Assembly: GCA_002633005.1 (NCBI GenBank)
Contig: NMRA01000027.1
Coordinates: 1,229,788-1,293,787, forward strand
Length of the DNA: 64,000 bases
Reading direction: 5' to 3'
Origin: Phoronis australis
Taxonomy: Eukaryota > Animalia > Phoronida
The position numbers were made by a program, and so were the translations under genes. Shown piece after piece: positions 41,201 to 56,100 of the stretch (positions are counted from its first letter, which is position 1; each line of letters opens with the position of its first letter). The notes below the pieces were generated by a model that saw only the letters and a program-made list of their open reading frames with translations, ran no database searches and had not been told where the DNA came from.

Positions 41201-44200
41201 TGCAAATAAATGTTCAACTCTGGGATGATGCAACTTGTCTGAACATCTTACTTATTTCATGATATCAACTGTTTTCTTGCATGTAACCTGGTGGTTGCTT
41301 TTGCAAGTCCATCACATTATTGAAATGTGAATTTCTTATAAGAGCTGATGTATGTTTCACTTCTTAAGTCCATCCACTATGCTCCCGAGCATCATAATTT
41401 ACGGTTTAGTTTGTAGTTATACCTGGAAATTTGCTATCTTGTATTTGTTTTACAGTGAGCCAATGGCCATATGTATATTAATACCAATAAGTCTCATAAA
41501 ATTAAACTACCTCAAGCTGTGTCCAGTCAGCAGTCTGCGTGATGAGCGGAGATTTGTTCTGTCTATATGATATAAACTGTACAAGTGTGTTTGCTGGTAA
41601 ATACTCTTTGGTTGGCATCAGTTCTGTCCACTTGGACTGGGCTTGTTAGGATGGAAAAGGAGTCACAGACATATTCGACTTCCTCGAATTCTAGCCCTCT
41701 GTGGCTAACATTTTTGTTTCGCCTTTGCTATGCTGCTGCTATTTTGTTGGGATCATGTCACTGTTTCTGTGACCCTGTGGACAGTTGAGAGTGCAAGGTG
41801 TTACTGTGGTAGTTGGTCATCTTTTTCAGGTTCCTGTTTCCTAGAATGTTACGATCTGCTCCCCAAATGAAGTCATTCTTAGTTCACTTACAGTTGTACA
41901 TTTCTCTGCAGGTATAACACACAGCCAGTAGAAGCATCACCTACACAGCGCTCGCCCAGCCCGCGCAAGACCAAGAGCTTTGGCACACGCCACCTGACGC
42001 AGCCAATCACGCGCGAGGAGCGTGCTGAGGTCGTGGGTGACAACGATGCTGATGGAATGGATGGCGGGAAGTCGTCATCGATTTCGGAACGTCTCCAGTT
42101 GCTGAAAACAAGTGGCGAGGAGAACTGGAAGAAGAAGGTGAACAAGGACGTAGGCGCCAATCTCAGGGAGAAAACAGGTGGGTGGAGCTTGAGTAGGTGG
42201 AGCTTGAGTAGGTGGAGCTTGAGTAGGTGGAGCTTGGGAAGTTGCTGAAAACCTGCACCAACCAATTCATTTATTTTTAACCACCACTGTATGCTTTGAT
42301 GTTTCTTTCATAATTGACAGCATAATTTCTATTTAGAATAAGACATTCAAAGTTTCCTTCAAATGTTTTAGTTTTTGCTGACCAATCAGTTGGCATGCGT
42401 AACAGTAGAAGTTCATTACTAGCGCAGTTACACATGTCAACATGACGGTTTTCCCTGATATACCCACTGGCTTGGAAATCCAGAGTCTCGATTGGTCGAT
42501 ACAGAAGGACCCTCGGACTGCCTTAGCCATTATGAACTCATAAATCAATTCTATACTCATCAACACCTCCATCGCTCCTAGTGGGGTGCTAGGAAGTGTC
42601 GATGTTATCATAAGACAAGCTGTTCACTCTGAACATATAATTCTTAAATGTATAATTGTTCAACTCCACTGACACGAGACGCATGTTTTAATAAACTATC
42701 AAAAGTTACCCCCTGAATAGTGGTGCCTATTTTGAGAGGCTAATTTGGACAGATATGTTACGAAGGACTTCTATGTAGTTATTGGAGAGCAGACTTGTAA
42801 AATGTGGTCTAAGATCCTTGCTTTTTTTTGGGGGGGGTATTTAAGGGTTCTCTGTGCGTCAGTAGTATGTTGTACATGCCTGATTGTGTCATCTTTCACC
42901 TGACTGTGTGTTGTTATGTGTTTAGGCCATGGTGATCGCCCAGTCAGTATCGCTGATCGACTGTCATACTTGGAGGTATCGTCACAGAAATGGATGCAGA
43001 ACAAGGGAGTGGAGAATGACGCAGAACAGTTCACTGTCGAGGGCAAGATGGCAGGTGAGTGTTTTGAGCTGTGCCCCCAGGCTGTCTACAGGTAGTGATT
43101 AACTGAAGCCACTCAATGCCAGCTTGAAGTTAGTGCAGCAGTTGTAACCAGCTGTTAGTATTCATAGTGGTTAGTGATGAGCAGCTGCCACAGACATTTG
43201 ATCTTGCTGTTAGGAACATGGCTCCCATCATAATAGCGTGTAAAGTGAAAAAATGCAAAAATTTGGAAAAATTTTCAAAGGATTAATAAAACCCCTCATC
43301 TGTGAGTTTATTGAAAATTAGCGCATTCATTTATGCATGACTGAAGTCATTTATTCTATGAAGCTACTTTCTGTGAGTGATATAGCTGCTGAAAATGAAA
43401 ATTATTTCTTGGAGAACTCTTAGAAATGGAATCCCATTGGAAGTTATTTCCTCCCCCCCCCCTTCCTGTTGCCATTACCTGCCTCATCATTTGTGCCTCT
43501 TGATTTAGTTAACACACAGGAGATTCAAAGTGAATGTTCTTAAAGTCAAATTTGTGTGGTTCCTCTATCATGAAGATTTGGCTTTCCATAGCATCAATGG
43601 CCAGTATGTTATTTGTGAACCATGCTGCTTTGATAGCCCTGCTGTGGTGACATCTACAGCTGATAACTGAAATAAGAATGTGCCGAAGATGCGCTGTTTT
43701 CGTAGATTGTATACGTCCTGCCATGCATGTGTATTTTTGAAGTTTTAATGGAGACTCTTCTTATAGGCACTTCACTAAGTTTCCTCTTCGGTGAATCTAA
43801 TATTAGTTGAGGATGATTGTGTACGAATGACAGGTTTCTATGAAAGCTGTTGAGAAGTTAAAAGAAAGAGAAAGTGTGCATGATAAGATACTTGGTGGCA
43901 GTTTAGGAAGGGTCTCCTGAATTCACCCTGTGAGATCGTTTTCCTTTGTTTACTAAAATTGTTTGGCCATTTTTGCCCGCCTTTCCCTGTAGACCGCTGT
44001 CTGTTGTACTAAACTGCATCCACCAGGTTGTGTTGTTTGAATGATTCAGGCAAGTCTGTGCTGCCAAGCCAGAGCCCCCTGTTGGCACGAAAGAAACGAA
44101 TCCCCAAGAGTAACTCTTTCAAACTATCCAACAAAGGTAAGTCACATATTGAATGACACTGAGTGACTCTTGTTTTTCATTTTCCTCTTGTTGTGACTTT

Positions 44201-47200
44201 TGGTTCGTGTTTGTGATTCAGTAGTTCTCTCAGCGAAATTGCTTTTTGCCATATTCCTACATTTTCAAAGATTTCTTACGCATGGTGTAAATTTTGAGAC
44301 ACCCAGTTACAAGTTATGACAAATGTTTTGTCAGTTTCTCAACCAACTAATCTTTGATTGACATTGTTACATCCTCCATCTCTATCTTTTGAATTTTTTG
44401 TTTATTCTTCAGCAAGTTGCAAAATACATCAGTAACCTGCCTTAGTCCTGGGTAAAAGAATACAATGTCATTAACTCGATGCTTAGAAAGTAGAGTAATT
44501 TTCCATGTATGCCGCACAACAGCAATTGCCAAAATTGTAACTTTCCAGTTTTCCTAAAGCTGGTTGTTTTTATTGCAAATAATGAAAAATTTACCAAAAG
44601 TCCTTGTATGACATCTACACAGTACAAACCATGCCAGCAATAGACAAATTTTTTCTTACTGTTCATTTTTGTGGAGAAATTTGTCAAACTAGAATTTCTC
44701 TTGTGCACTAAATTAGTGAAGAATTAATGTACATACGATTCATGTATACACCATGCTTTCCCAGAAGTCTTATTTGTGCAAGGCTGATTAGGAATCTTTG
44801 AGTTATCAGTGTAACTTGTAGCTGAAGAAGTTGTCCTGTTATTTGAAATGTAATTTTGGTTGCAGATTCAGAAAATAATGAAACGACCCCAGTCAAACCA
44901 GTGTTCAAGAAGCCGGCGACACCTATTGTGCCAAAAGTTAGCCAAAAAGTTGAGACGCCAAGTATGTTGTGTTTGAAGAATGGTTGTTGGTGGTTGGCAT
45001 ACACTGGTTCTAACTTGTGGAAAATGTGGGAAGCCTGGAAAGTTATAAAAATATATCCATGCTTAGAAAACTTGTGGAAAATGTAAAGTGAGAAAAATAA
45101 CATTAAATAACACTAAATCATTAGAAAATTTCACGACATAAATGATGAACTTTGATGCAATTAGTATCTTCCCTGAGTCATGAATGTATTAATCAGTTAA
45201 AACGCTGAAACGCATTCTCAGTGTATCACAGATCGCTACCTCTAGTTTGAGGGGATCAATATTCCCTACAGATGTCGTTTAACTCTACTAAGGCAGTACT
45301 AGGTGTTGTCTGAATGATGTGGGATATTCATACTAGTGTTATTCTTATCCATGTGTGCTGGTATTTTTAGACTATGTAGATTATAAGCACATCTGCTGGG
45401 CTACGGTAGACTGCAAAGTAATTGTTCAGAAAATGATATTTTCCTCATTGTGGCTGTAGTGTCTACTTACTACAAAAATTTGTGACTATGACTTGTATTT
45501 TTTTCTAATTTCTTATTACAGAATAGATTCTTTGCATTAATTTTCCCGTCAAGTTCTATAATTTCTGTTCATTACTTTGACAATGACTGAATGTAACCAG
45601 CTGTTATGTTACTGTGAGGATGACTAAATGCAACCAACCATAGTGAGTCTTAATTCTGGGCCATTGTGTCACTCAGGGCTTGGAATTTTCCGCGGAAACG
45701 CGGATTTCTGCTTTTTTCAAATGTTCTGTCCGCGTATTTTATTATATTTCCACGTAAAAAAAAATCGGATTTGATATAAAATTTCCGCGGCAAATTTCTT
45801 TCTTACCGCCGCGTTGCCGACGACTTTCACCTCGAAAAGCGGAAGTTGTTCTTTATGTTTCGGAGGAGCGTAACTTGTCAACATTGCCGGGGCATCTGGG
45901 ATAGCGTGGTGGATTTCCTCAATTTCCTCTCGTGTGATTGTAAACCGCGGTGACAAATACTACGACTCTGCAGCCAAAAATGTTTGGAGGTGGGAGAGGC
46001 GGACGAGCTAAGACAGACGCAGACGCACGCTTCCGGAGGTGGTACCGTTTTTTTTTTTAAATTTTTTTTAGTTCTCTCGATTTTTGTCTGCAAAAGGTCC
46101 ACACCGACTTTTTCAAGGCTTGCTTTTCGCATGTTTCGGGCCGTAAAAATTTCCGCGTTTTTCGCCATTTGTCATTCCAAGCCCTGCATACTGCAAGTTA
46201 TAATAATCTGGAATAAATTGTTAATTAAGCAGTGAACTAGTGTCTCATTTTCTTACTTTGATTTCAGAAATTGTCACGAGTCATGATGGAGACGATGATG
46301 AAAATCCAGTAGAACGTAGAGTAGATGTCATGAAAACTGATGAAGATTTCGATAAATTCTTCGATTCCAACTTTAAATCTGATAGCAAAATTGATGTCTC
46401 GCTTGACGATTTAAATCACATTGCCGAAAACTCCAATCAAGTGTAAGTAGAATTATGTGCTGAAGATTTCATTTTGGGTAGACCTAATGGAGGGGGATTG
46501 CTATAACTAATCATTATTAGTTTGAAATAGTTCAAAAGCTTCTCATAGGAGACTATTGTTAAATGGTTTCTCTGATTCCCAAGTGTCTTCACAGAAATGA
46601 AGATTGTGAAATAGAAACAGTACTTTAAAGTCTGCCAGTGTTTTAATGTCGCACAACATTCTTGATGCAATAACTATTGCTCAGATTACACAAAGGGAAT
46701 TGGAACCAGCCTTATTGGTGATATTTACGGCCATTTTTGTGTAGCTGTTGAGTAATTACATGGTTTTGCAGAATGTGCTGGTTTTCTAATAGCAAGCTAT
46801 GTAACATTATTTTTTGTTACCCTTGGCATAGTTGACACTTGAAACTCGTTTATCTAATCCTTCATCGCCTGAAATAAAACATGTCCGCCATTTTGTAGGC
46901 TTAGAACGGCAAAACGTGCTCGACCTCAGCGCCGAGCTGCCGGTGCAAAGAACCCACTGAAGAAGTTACGGGAGAGAACTGACCTCCAGGAAGGTTACAC
47001 AGAGGTGAAGACAGGGGTCGCTGAAAAGGAAGTGAAGCGACTCAAGAGGCAGGCTAGTGAGTCAACGTATTAATAAGTTCCATAGAGCGATAATTAGGTC
47101 AAAACAGGCTTGCAGACTGCGAACTATAATGAATCAAGCTTGAAAAGAAAATGTTAACTGCAAATACAGTCTTTAAGCTCCAAACGGACCATTGTGTGTG

Positions 47201-50200
47201 CAATCTAAGGACCCCATACTCATCGTATTGATAAAAACTCCGATATTTACTCCGGACATACACACAAAGGAGGATGCTGCATGTAAATAAAGAAATGATA
47301 TTCTGTAGGTCAGTAATAAATAGGGAGTTTAAGTCTCTGTCCTTATATGGTAATTAACAGAGGTTGAAGGTCAATGGCAGGAGGTTGCACTGCTTGCAAC
47401 CCATTTTTTTTAACTCCATGGAAGGTCAGTCTACTGGGTATGTGATGTGTCTTCATGATTCCTACGAATCCTTTGGAGAGAGTATGTCATTCCCAGTCTT
47501 TGGTGTTATGATATTGAACACTTTCCAGATAGTTTTTATGTCGAAGTTGTTTAGAAACCGCCAGGATTTAATGGCATTGGTTCTAGAATTGCTTAATGCA
47601 ATGGAGCTTCAGTTCGGCTGCATTATGTCTTCCCTTACTTTCGTTTCAGTCGCATCTGATGCTGGTTTTGCCGAGGCGGCTCTAGCTGGTCTGGCCAGTA
47701 AAGAAAATTTTAAAAAAGTGGAGCTGCGCTCGTCGCAGGCATCCACAGGGGGAGCTAACAGGCTGGACCCATACAAGGATCTCATGCTTATTCAGGTGAA
47801 AGGTATGGTCATTTGGATTACTAACTAATAACTTACTGAACACACTGACGTTAGATCCTCATCTAGAAATTACTGGAAATCTATTCTGTATTTCCTTACT
47901 CTATGCAAGAGGGTTAGTTTAAGGGACGCTTTGTGCTAATCTCCGTAATGTGTCACTGTGGTTTGAACTGTGCATTTAATCAGCAGTCGTGTCTCCCTTA
48001 GGCCGACGTCATGTGCAGACTCGTCTTGTTGAGCCAGTAGCGACCTCTTTGAACAGTGGTGATCTGTTCATTCTTGTCTCCCCTGATAAAGTGCTGCTCT
48101 GGACCGGGGAATATTGCAACGTGATCGAAAAAGCCAAGGTAAAGTACGACAAAGTACTCATTTTCAAATAATTTTTCTAGTTTGGCTGGTTGATTACCCC
48201 CAACTTTGCTGAGCTAATTAGCTCATGATCTTAACCATGATTTCTTAAGAAACAGAATGACTTAGAGGTGTAGTTATGTTTATTTTGTTGTCATTAGTTT
48301 ACACTCTAGGCTATGACAGAAACATCTCACATCTGGCATAGAACTGCGTACACTGTAGCCTGACAGGCACATCACAGCCTGACTGCATTACTTCATGAGG
48401 AACAAGCTTACCAAAGATTCGTCTTTCCCTTTCTTGAGTCCAGTGTCTAGTACCTCTCCAAAACATCATAACTATATTCCCTTGCCTTCCAGGCTGCAGA
48501 CATTGCCACGTTCATTCAACAGAAAAAGGATCTTGGTTGTAAAGGGGCATCCTCTGTGGGCAACGTCGATGAAAAGCGACAGCACCTGGGGGCGGGCAAA
48601 CACTTCTGGCAGCTCTTAGGCGATAAGAAACCCTACTCCGGTAAGCAACCAATTGAGACAAGGGTGATGGCAGTTTTTGAAAGGTTTCGCTGCTTACTTT
48701 TCATACCTGAGTCGGACAAGCAAATGTTTTTTCATGCTTCGTTCAGCTTATCAAATTTTTCAAGTCATCGTTGTAGCTGATCTTGCAAGTAAGTGCCCTC
48801 TTTACACGAAGCAATGAGTTTATACTGTAGAATCACAGAAGTGTTGAAGTATTTCTGGCTTTGTTGGTTTGAATGATTTTTCAGGTCCAAATGCAGTCAA
48901 GTTGATTGTTTTCAAGTGTCGTCTACTTGCCGTTCAAATTTGAATGATTTCCTCATTTGTGAAGTATTGTGGGTGCTGTTCACATTATAAGCAACAAATA
49001 AGTAGCCATTTGGATGTTGCTTATGTCTACATCTCATGCAGACAGCAACACAGCAGTTATTCAAGTGAAGCCTGTCAGTTGAGGGTGAAACTAAAAGTAT
49101 GTCAAAGCAGACAGTTGTGCAGTTCAGTGTGGTGATGGAAGGCTTGAGAGCTACGTTTTTTGATTGACATTTCAGAGGCGGGCCCTGTGGAGGAGGACGA
49201 GCTTTATGAACAATGTATGATCAGCACAAATAAGATCTTTACTGTTGAAGGAGAAGAGCTGGTGCCGCACAAGGAATTCTGGGGCTGTATGCCGCGCTAC
49301 GAGATGCTATGTAGTACAGAGGTAGTGTGAGCGACTTAGACATTAGCATTGAGAAATTGTGGTTATTAGCTGTCGAATATACTGAAGTCCGAACTGTTAC
49401 TGATTATACTTCTGTATGAAAATGTGCATTTAACGCCCTAATAAGCTGACCAATTTCCTTGCACTCTTATGATGTGACTGGCAATTTTACATAGTTTACG
49501 CTCAGTGTCAGCTTTTAAAATCATGGTATGTAGTGTATGACTTTACATTTGTAAACTTACACTAAGTTGTCATAACAAAAAGCTGTCTTGTCATCGTGGG
49601 TCATTTTGTCAATGTATTTGTTACATGTACCATATGAATGATAGTCTGCGTGTCACGTGTTCTCCACAGGCCTATGTGTTTGACTTTGGTTCTGAGGTGT
49701 ACCTATGGCAGGGTAAGCAGGTGCCCCTGGAGAAGAGGAAGATATCTCTGAAGCTGGCCAAACAACTGTGGGAAAGTGGCTACGACTATACTGACTGTGA
49801 TATTAACCCTCTCTATCCTCTCCAGAGTAAGTTTGGAAACTATGCATTGTTTTATGACAGTTTATGACTGCTGTTGGAAACTCCTGTACCTGCACCTTGG
49901 GCTTTTTACACAGATCTTGGAAAATTGAACAAACATACAGAGGTTGACCCTAACAGATATGCACTAGGCATTTTTTTGGAAATGTCTAGGCTCTTGAATG
50001 AAAACTTAAGTGAACAACTTTGACAACTAAAACTGACAAACAGCTTCTTTGCTCAATGACAAATTAAGGTGAACTTCAACTACCTAAGATGAAAAAATAT
50101 TTGCCAAACTTTGAGTCATGAATGACTTAGGTCAGCTGAATAGTTTTGGTAGCAACAAGAAGCTCACCAAGACAGTATTGTATTTCAAAGTACTACTTGC

Positions 50201-53033
50201 GAGTTTGTGACCTGAAGATGTGAAAGGATATGATGTCAATTTTGTATCATGCTTTGGCACATTAAATGTCATGTTTTTGTTTGACTTGTTCCCGCTGAAG
50301 TATATTAGCAACAAGGGTTTATGTGTGAAAAAACTGAATGGAATCTTTAGTTTGATGTTTTGGAGATTTCATGTAGTGAGCAAGATAGTTTACTTACAAG
50401 AAAGCATGTAGTTGAAAATGATCAGATTTATGGTCATATTTATCTACCCTCACTCTAACGGTCTTGTTCACTGACTGGATGTTGCATTATAAGTTGACCT
50501 TTGTCTGAAATGAGGTCATGCACTGCAGGATGTAGGATGCATGACCTCATGTCAGATCCAGGTCAACCTATCGTGCATCATCCAGTCTGTGAAGTAGACC
50601 TCAGAGTGAGAGTAGAAACATTTGACTGTTCTGAACTGCATAGACCTCAGAGTGAGAGTAGAAACATTTGACTGTTCTGAACTGCATGCGTTCTTGCATG
50701 TAAACCCACCTTTCACAAGACTCAGAAAACAATGAAAGATCTCTTCTATCACAATTTTTCTAGTGTTGGGCGAATGAATACTCTGGCCAATCAGCTGTTA
50801 GCAACAGAAGCATAGCGTAAGCCATTGTATGCACAGTGTTTGACCACTGGATGCATAACCGGCCCGGTCAACAGTTTTTCATGTTACTATAGAATGAGCT
50901 TAATTTGACTTCCGATTGTGTTAAGACCCGTCCCAGTGTTAGATGTGGTAGTTCAGCTAGGTTATCTGCGGTGATCTGTTTTCTGTCCACTGACACTCTT
51001 GGTCATCTTTCCCAAATTTCAGGCGAGGAGTCATTCCCCAAGAAAGGCAGCAAGCGACCTGATTGGGCATTGTTCGGCAAGGTGAATGAAAACATGGAGA
51101 CCATGCTGTTCCGGGAGAAGTTCATTGATTGGCCTGACTCGTCGCGACTCATCAAGGTGAAAGGGCATGATACTGGTACGGGCGAAGATGTAAGTAGCAT
51201 CTGTAAATTGATTGGATAGTTTTAGAGGTGTATCATTCACAATGTAATGGTTTTGGTGGACTGAATTATACAAATATTTGGCTGCCCTGAAAATCTATTG
51301 TTTGGTCTCGTTGTATTGGGCTGTTCCAATAATTAATGTGAGCTAGCTGCTGTATATCACCCAGTTAAGATATGGGTTTAATTTAAGATGGCTTGCCATG
51401 CAATTGCTAGTAACAAGCTCTTTTGTTCACTGTTGTATTGAACTGCTAAAGACATAGTTTCATGTTAGAGCGCAAAGTAACGTTTAGCATTTATCATAGT
51501 TTAATCTTTTTTACAGTTATTTTGCACATGCTTTGATTAAATGTATTTGCTCACTTTCATGATAGGTAAATACTGTATTCAAATGAAATGGTGAAATGCT
51601 CATATTTTGGAGAAACGAACTGTTGCTGAGTTGAGGAGATCTGGGACAATGCGTCACTGTTTTTTTGTTTTTGTAGACCGAGCCAGTCCTGGAGCTCAAG
51701 CCATATGACGCCAAGTTGATGATTCCGGAGAATACGTCGCCTGTTTCACTCATGTTGGAGGGAAGTCACGTGGGAAGGGGGACGTCTTGGTATGAAGTCT
51801 CTCAGTTACCTCGTTTGTAATTTGTTGCGGACGTCATATGGGTGGATGTAGGCATGTCTGCCTGCATTCGGAATAACGTGTTCTTCTCAAAGTTTTTGCA
51901 TATTGGTGCAAGCATCTGATCTTCTCTAACATGTGTTTGCAGTATTAGCCACGTTTCAGAATCAGAATCAACCATTCTTAGTACTTATTTTTAAATTGAG
52001 TATATGTCACGCCAAACTTTATCTCAATGTTCATTCTGTTGATATTGAGTTTGCTTCTTGACTTAATCCAAATGTTTCACATTTTGGGCCGTTTCACTTA
52101 AATAGATCTGCAGTTCACATACAGTTTCTTGGACTTAATTGCATGTATATATACAGTTAAAGTAGAACCCAAACTTGTTTTTTAATGTTTGTTATACACC
52201 CACATGTACATATGGCGGTACATATTACTGTCTTACATGTCTGGGCATCTGACGTCCACTGCTATATCTCCAAAACCCCGTGGAAGATGTTCATGAAAGT
52301 TAGGAGATGTGTTCCAGTGGAGATAACGACAAGTGTCCACCACTGGACTGACTACTGTTGTGCAACTTAGTGTTATTTTTAGTATATCCGTAGTTGCTTG
52401 ACAGATTTTCCCTGGGATTTGGCAGATAAGTTTCTATTACAGAGATAATGATGTCTTCCCATTTTCAAATGAATTCGATATATTCTCTGCCACCTAGCGG
52501 CCATTTTCATTGTTTACGAACTTGTTTTTTGTGGACTCTGTACCTGCCAAACTGCTTGAAGGATCAATATGAAAATTGGCACTTGTGTTCCTGATGAGAA
52601 GACCATATCTGAGATTGGTTTTTGGCCGGGTCTGGCTGCTATGACGCCCCCAAAAAAAATTGTTGTGCATCCACAGCTATATCTCCTAAGCCCTGTGCAA
52701 CATTTTTGTGAAATTTAACAGGTGTATTCCTGTGAATGTTTGCAACATTTGAGAACTTCTTTCAAATGTTTCGACTACCACTGTGTCTCCTAGTAGCAAT
52801 TTTATTATTTATAATTTTATCTCCTGTATCATCGCAATTCCTGGATGGATTTTCGTGAAATTTGATAAATAGGGGCGATAAAGGTCTTTTCAAGTGGATT
52901 TAATATATTCTGTGCTACCCAGTGGCCATTTTTATGATTCTAAACACCCCTAGAATGATACCATTTACAGTGCAGTCTTGGGTGCATTTCAACGCTTAGC
53001 GTTGCACTTGCTTAATAAGCATTTATTTAAATT

Positions 53034-53103
<70 letters not shown>

Positions 53104-56100
53104 TCATTGAATTTTAGCATAATACATTCACTAACAAGAATTCAGTATCTCGAAATGCAAAATTTGACATTAACATGTGATCTGATTCCTTTGCCATGTA
53201 ACTTCTTTATTTCTGAACAAACAGACGCACTAAGAAAATGATATACCTACTGTGATGTGCACATACAATCATCTGTACAATTAAAATTCTTGCTGTTTGT
53301 CGTCCACATTTTATTACTGAGAGACGTGACATCAATTTCAATTCCGTAGGCAAGAAGAAGTCGAAACACTTAAGCGAGAGTTTGACATTCTGACCCTTGG
53401 CGCCACCGTTTGGCATGTGATGGAGTATGACCACTACAAGCTTCCGACAGAGAGCTTTGGACAGTTTCACAACGGTGACACGTACGTGGTGCGGTGGCAG
53501 TATATGATAAACCAAGCAGGTGAGGCTGGTGCAGGACAGTGCAGTGGTGGATTGGGAAGTTCTTGGTGTAGTCATTGTTGTAGTCATTGTTGTTGTTGCT
53601 GTTATTGTTATTGGTGCTATCGTTGCCGTTAGTGAGGGGATATTTATTTTTGCAAGTGGTTTTAGGAACTCAGTGCTATGTCATGTGTTGATTGGTTATG
53701 TAATAAGTTCTGTAAGAATAGCTTTATTATTAGTATTATTTTTATTATTATTATTATTACTATTATTATTATTTGTTTTTGCCAGGTCTGAAGACCCTGA
53801 AGGGCCAGGCAGCCCGACAGACTCTAACAGGAAGAGAGCGTTGTGCCTACTTCTTCTGGCAGGGAAATGACTCGACAATTAGTGAAAAGGGAGCATCGGC
53901 TCTAATGACAGTTGAATTGGATGAGGAACGAGGACCACAGGTGGCGTATTAGCTGTTTAATGGAATAATGCTGGGGCTATCCAAGCGGGTCATGGGATAG
54001 TTTCCAAAAATCGTTGCCATTGTCAACAACAGTGTTTTCACTTTAAAACAGTGCTCATCGCATATAAATTACCTTTTTGTTCAGGTTTATATGTCACTTG
54101 CTGTAACTTTTAAACTGCCTTACATATGATCGCATTTGGATGAAGTAAGACATTCAAGAGAAAAGTCCAATTTCAAAAGTAAAAGCAGTTACGATCAACT
54201 TATGACCAAACCTACGTGTAGATTTTGATATTATAAATATTGTTTTTATTTTTACATGGCCTTATATTTCCTTTCCCTCTGTACATATTAATTTTACCAC
54301 TTTATTGTAGGTGCGCGTGACTCAGGGTCTGGAACCGCCATGTTTCCTGAACCTTTTCAAGGGGGGCATGATCATCCACATCGGAAAACGTGAAGAAGAG
54401 TCTACGTGTACACAAGGCAGCCATCGACTCTATCTCGTCCGGCACGAATATGAGAATGAGGCTTGTCTCATCGAGGTGCCGTGTGCCACAAGCAGCCTTC
54501 GTAGTCTAGCGTCACTTGTATTGCTCAATGTGGATACCGGCCGCACATACGTCTGGCATGGAGCCAAGTCGCCGCAGTACGTGCGAGCGTGTGCTATGGC
54601 GGCTGTGGAGAAGCTGAAGTCCAAGTGCCCAGCAGAGGTAGGGGTGAAGGATGGCGTCAAGGTCGAGGTCAGCGAGGTTGAGGAGGGCAGTGAGAGGTCG
54701 GCGTTTTGGACGCCACTAGGTGGAAGGGAAAGAAACTACAAATCCATGATAGATGGTGAGATATTTTATGGCTGGAGATTTATTTCTCATTTAATTTAGT
54801 TTAATTGGAACAGTTATGTTGTCATTACTATGACAAGTGTCAATGTTTTAACATTTGACAAATGTGAATGACACCCTTATGATTTACAACCACCTATGCT
54901 GACTACCATAGTTACTCCCTCCAAGTCCAAACTGTCATTTCATAATGTTTTACTACAGTTTGATACAGAGATTTGAAATTTGTCAGCTTTGTTTTTCACA
55001 TACTATAACAAGCTGAGATTTCCTAGTGTTTGATAATGTGTAATATTCTATACACCTCGATCACTGGTCTAAATTTGAAGTAACTTGTGGTTACACATCA
55101 GGCAGATGAGCTTTACTGACTGGCCATGTTGAATCCCTTGAAAATAAAACGTTCATGTCTTGTTCAAATGTTGAATATCAGTTTGAATTCTTAAAAGGCT
55201 TATTCTTAATACAGTATCATATCTGCATGTTCTACAGATCCTCGAAAGTTCAACTGTATGCCTCGCCTGTTTGCAATGTCCAGTGTATCCGGGTCATTCG
55301 AGGTCACAGAGATCCTGTGCCCATCACGGTCCACAGAGCGCCCTTGTCTTATGCCTTTCTCACAGCAGGAGCTGTACAAGGCCAATAGGAACCAACCAGG
55401 TAGGTTGAAGGTTTGAGGGAACAGGGTTGTCTGCTCACCCATCTTATTGATGTATCCAGCCTCTGTATTTTTAATTAGGACCCTGTGAACACCGTGCACG
55501 CTACCGAGTGTTAACTTGCTATCTTTCAACACAGAATAGTAGTGTTTTGTCACCATCATTTCAACAATCTGCAAAAAGGAACAGTCTTCATTGTACGTTC
55601 TACTATATCACATGCTTGAGTATGACTCGAGAGGTTCCTACATCACAGTTTTGTAGTCTTTGTTACAAAAAAAGATATTCGTTACTGTATGGGGCATTTA
55701 CGTATTTCTATCTCCCAGTCATTTGCGGCATCACAATTCATCCTACAAGTGTTTGCAAGCAAGGGAAGTTTTTCACAGCAAAATGGTGTTTGCAGAAATT
55801 TTGATAGACTGTCTCTAACCAATATCTCTCTCTTCAGCTTTGTTCCTATTGGACAACCATCACGAGGTGTACGTGTGGCAGGGGTGGTGGCCCGAGGGTG
55901 ACGAGGAGCTCACAAATGTCAAGACGGGCTCTGCTCACGCACGCTTCAACTTTGACCGCAAGTGTGCCCTTCAGACGGCGCTGCACTATTGCAAAGGTAG
56001 GTCATGTAACTTCTGCAGTGAACATTAGCAATAATCTGTTTGATGTCAGATCTCATATGCAATTTACTGAGGCCAAAGTCAAGGTTTTTATGTGAGTAAG

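Noticed and set aside
12792-42025. LC8 (dynein light chain) TQT-site assignment for the TQP motifs
   Set aside because: The residue after Q is always Pro and three copies lack Q, which fits the TQT anchor poorly; left as a test only.
47341-47350. Perfect CArG box CCTTATATGG (SRF site) in an intron
   Set aside because: A single 10-mer is expected by chance in 64 kb of AT-rich DNA; no supporting context.
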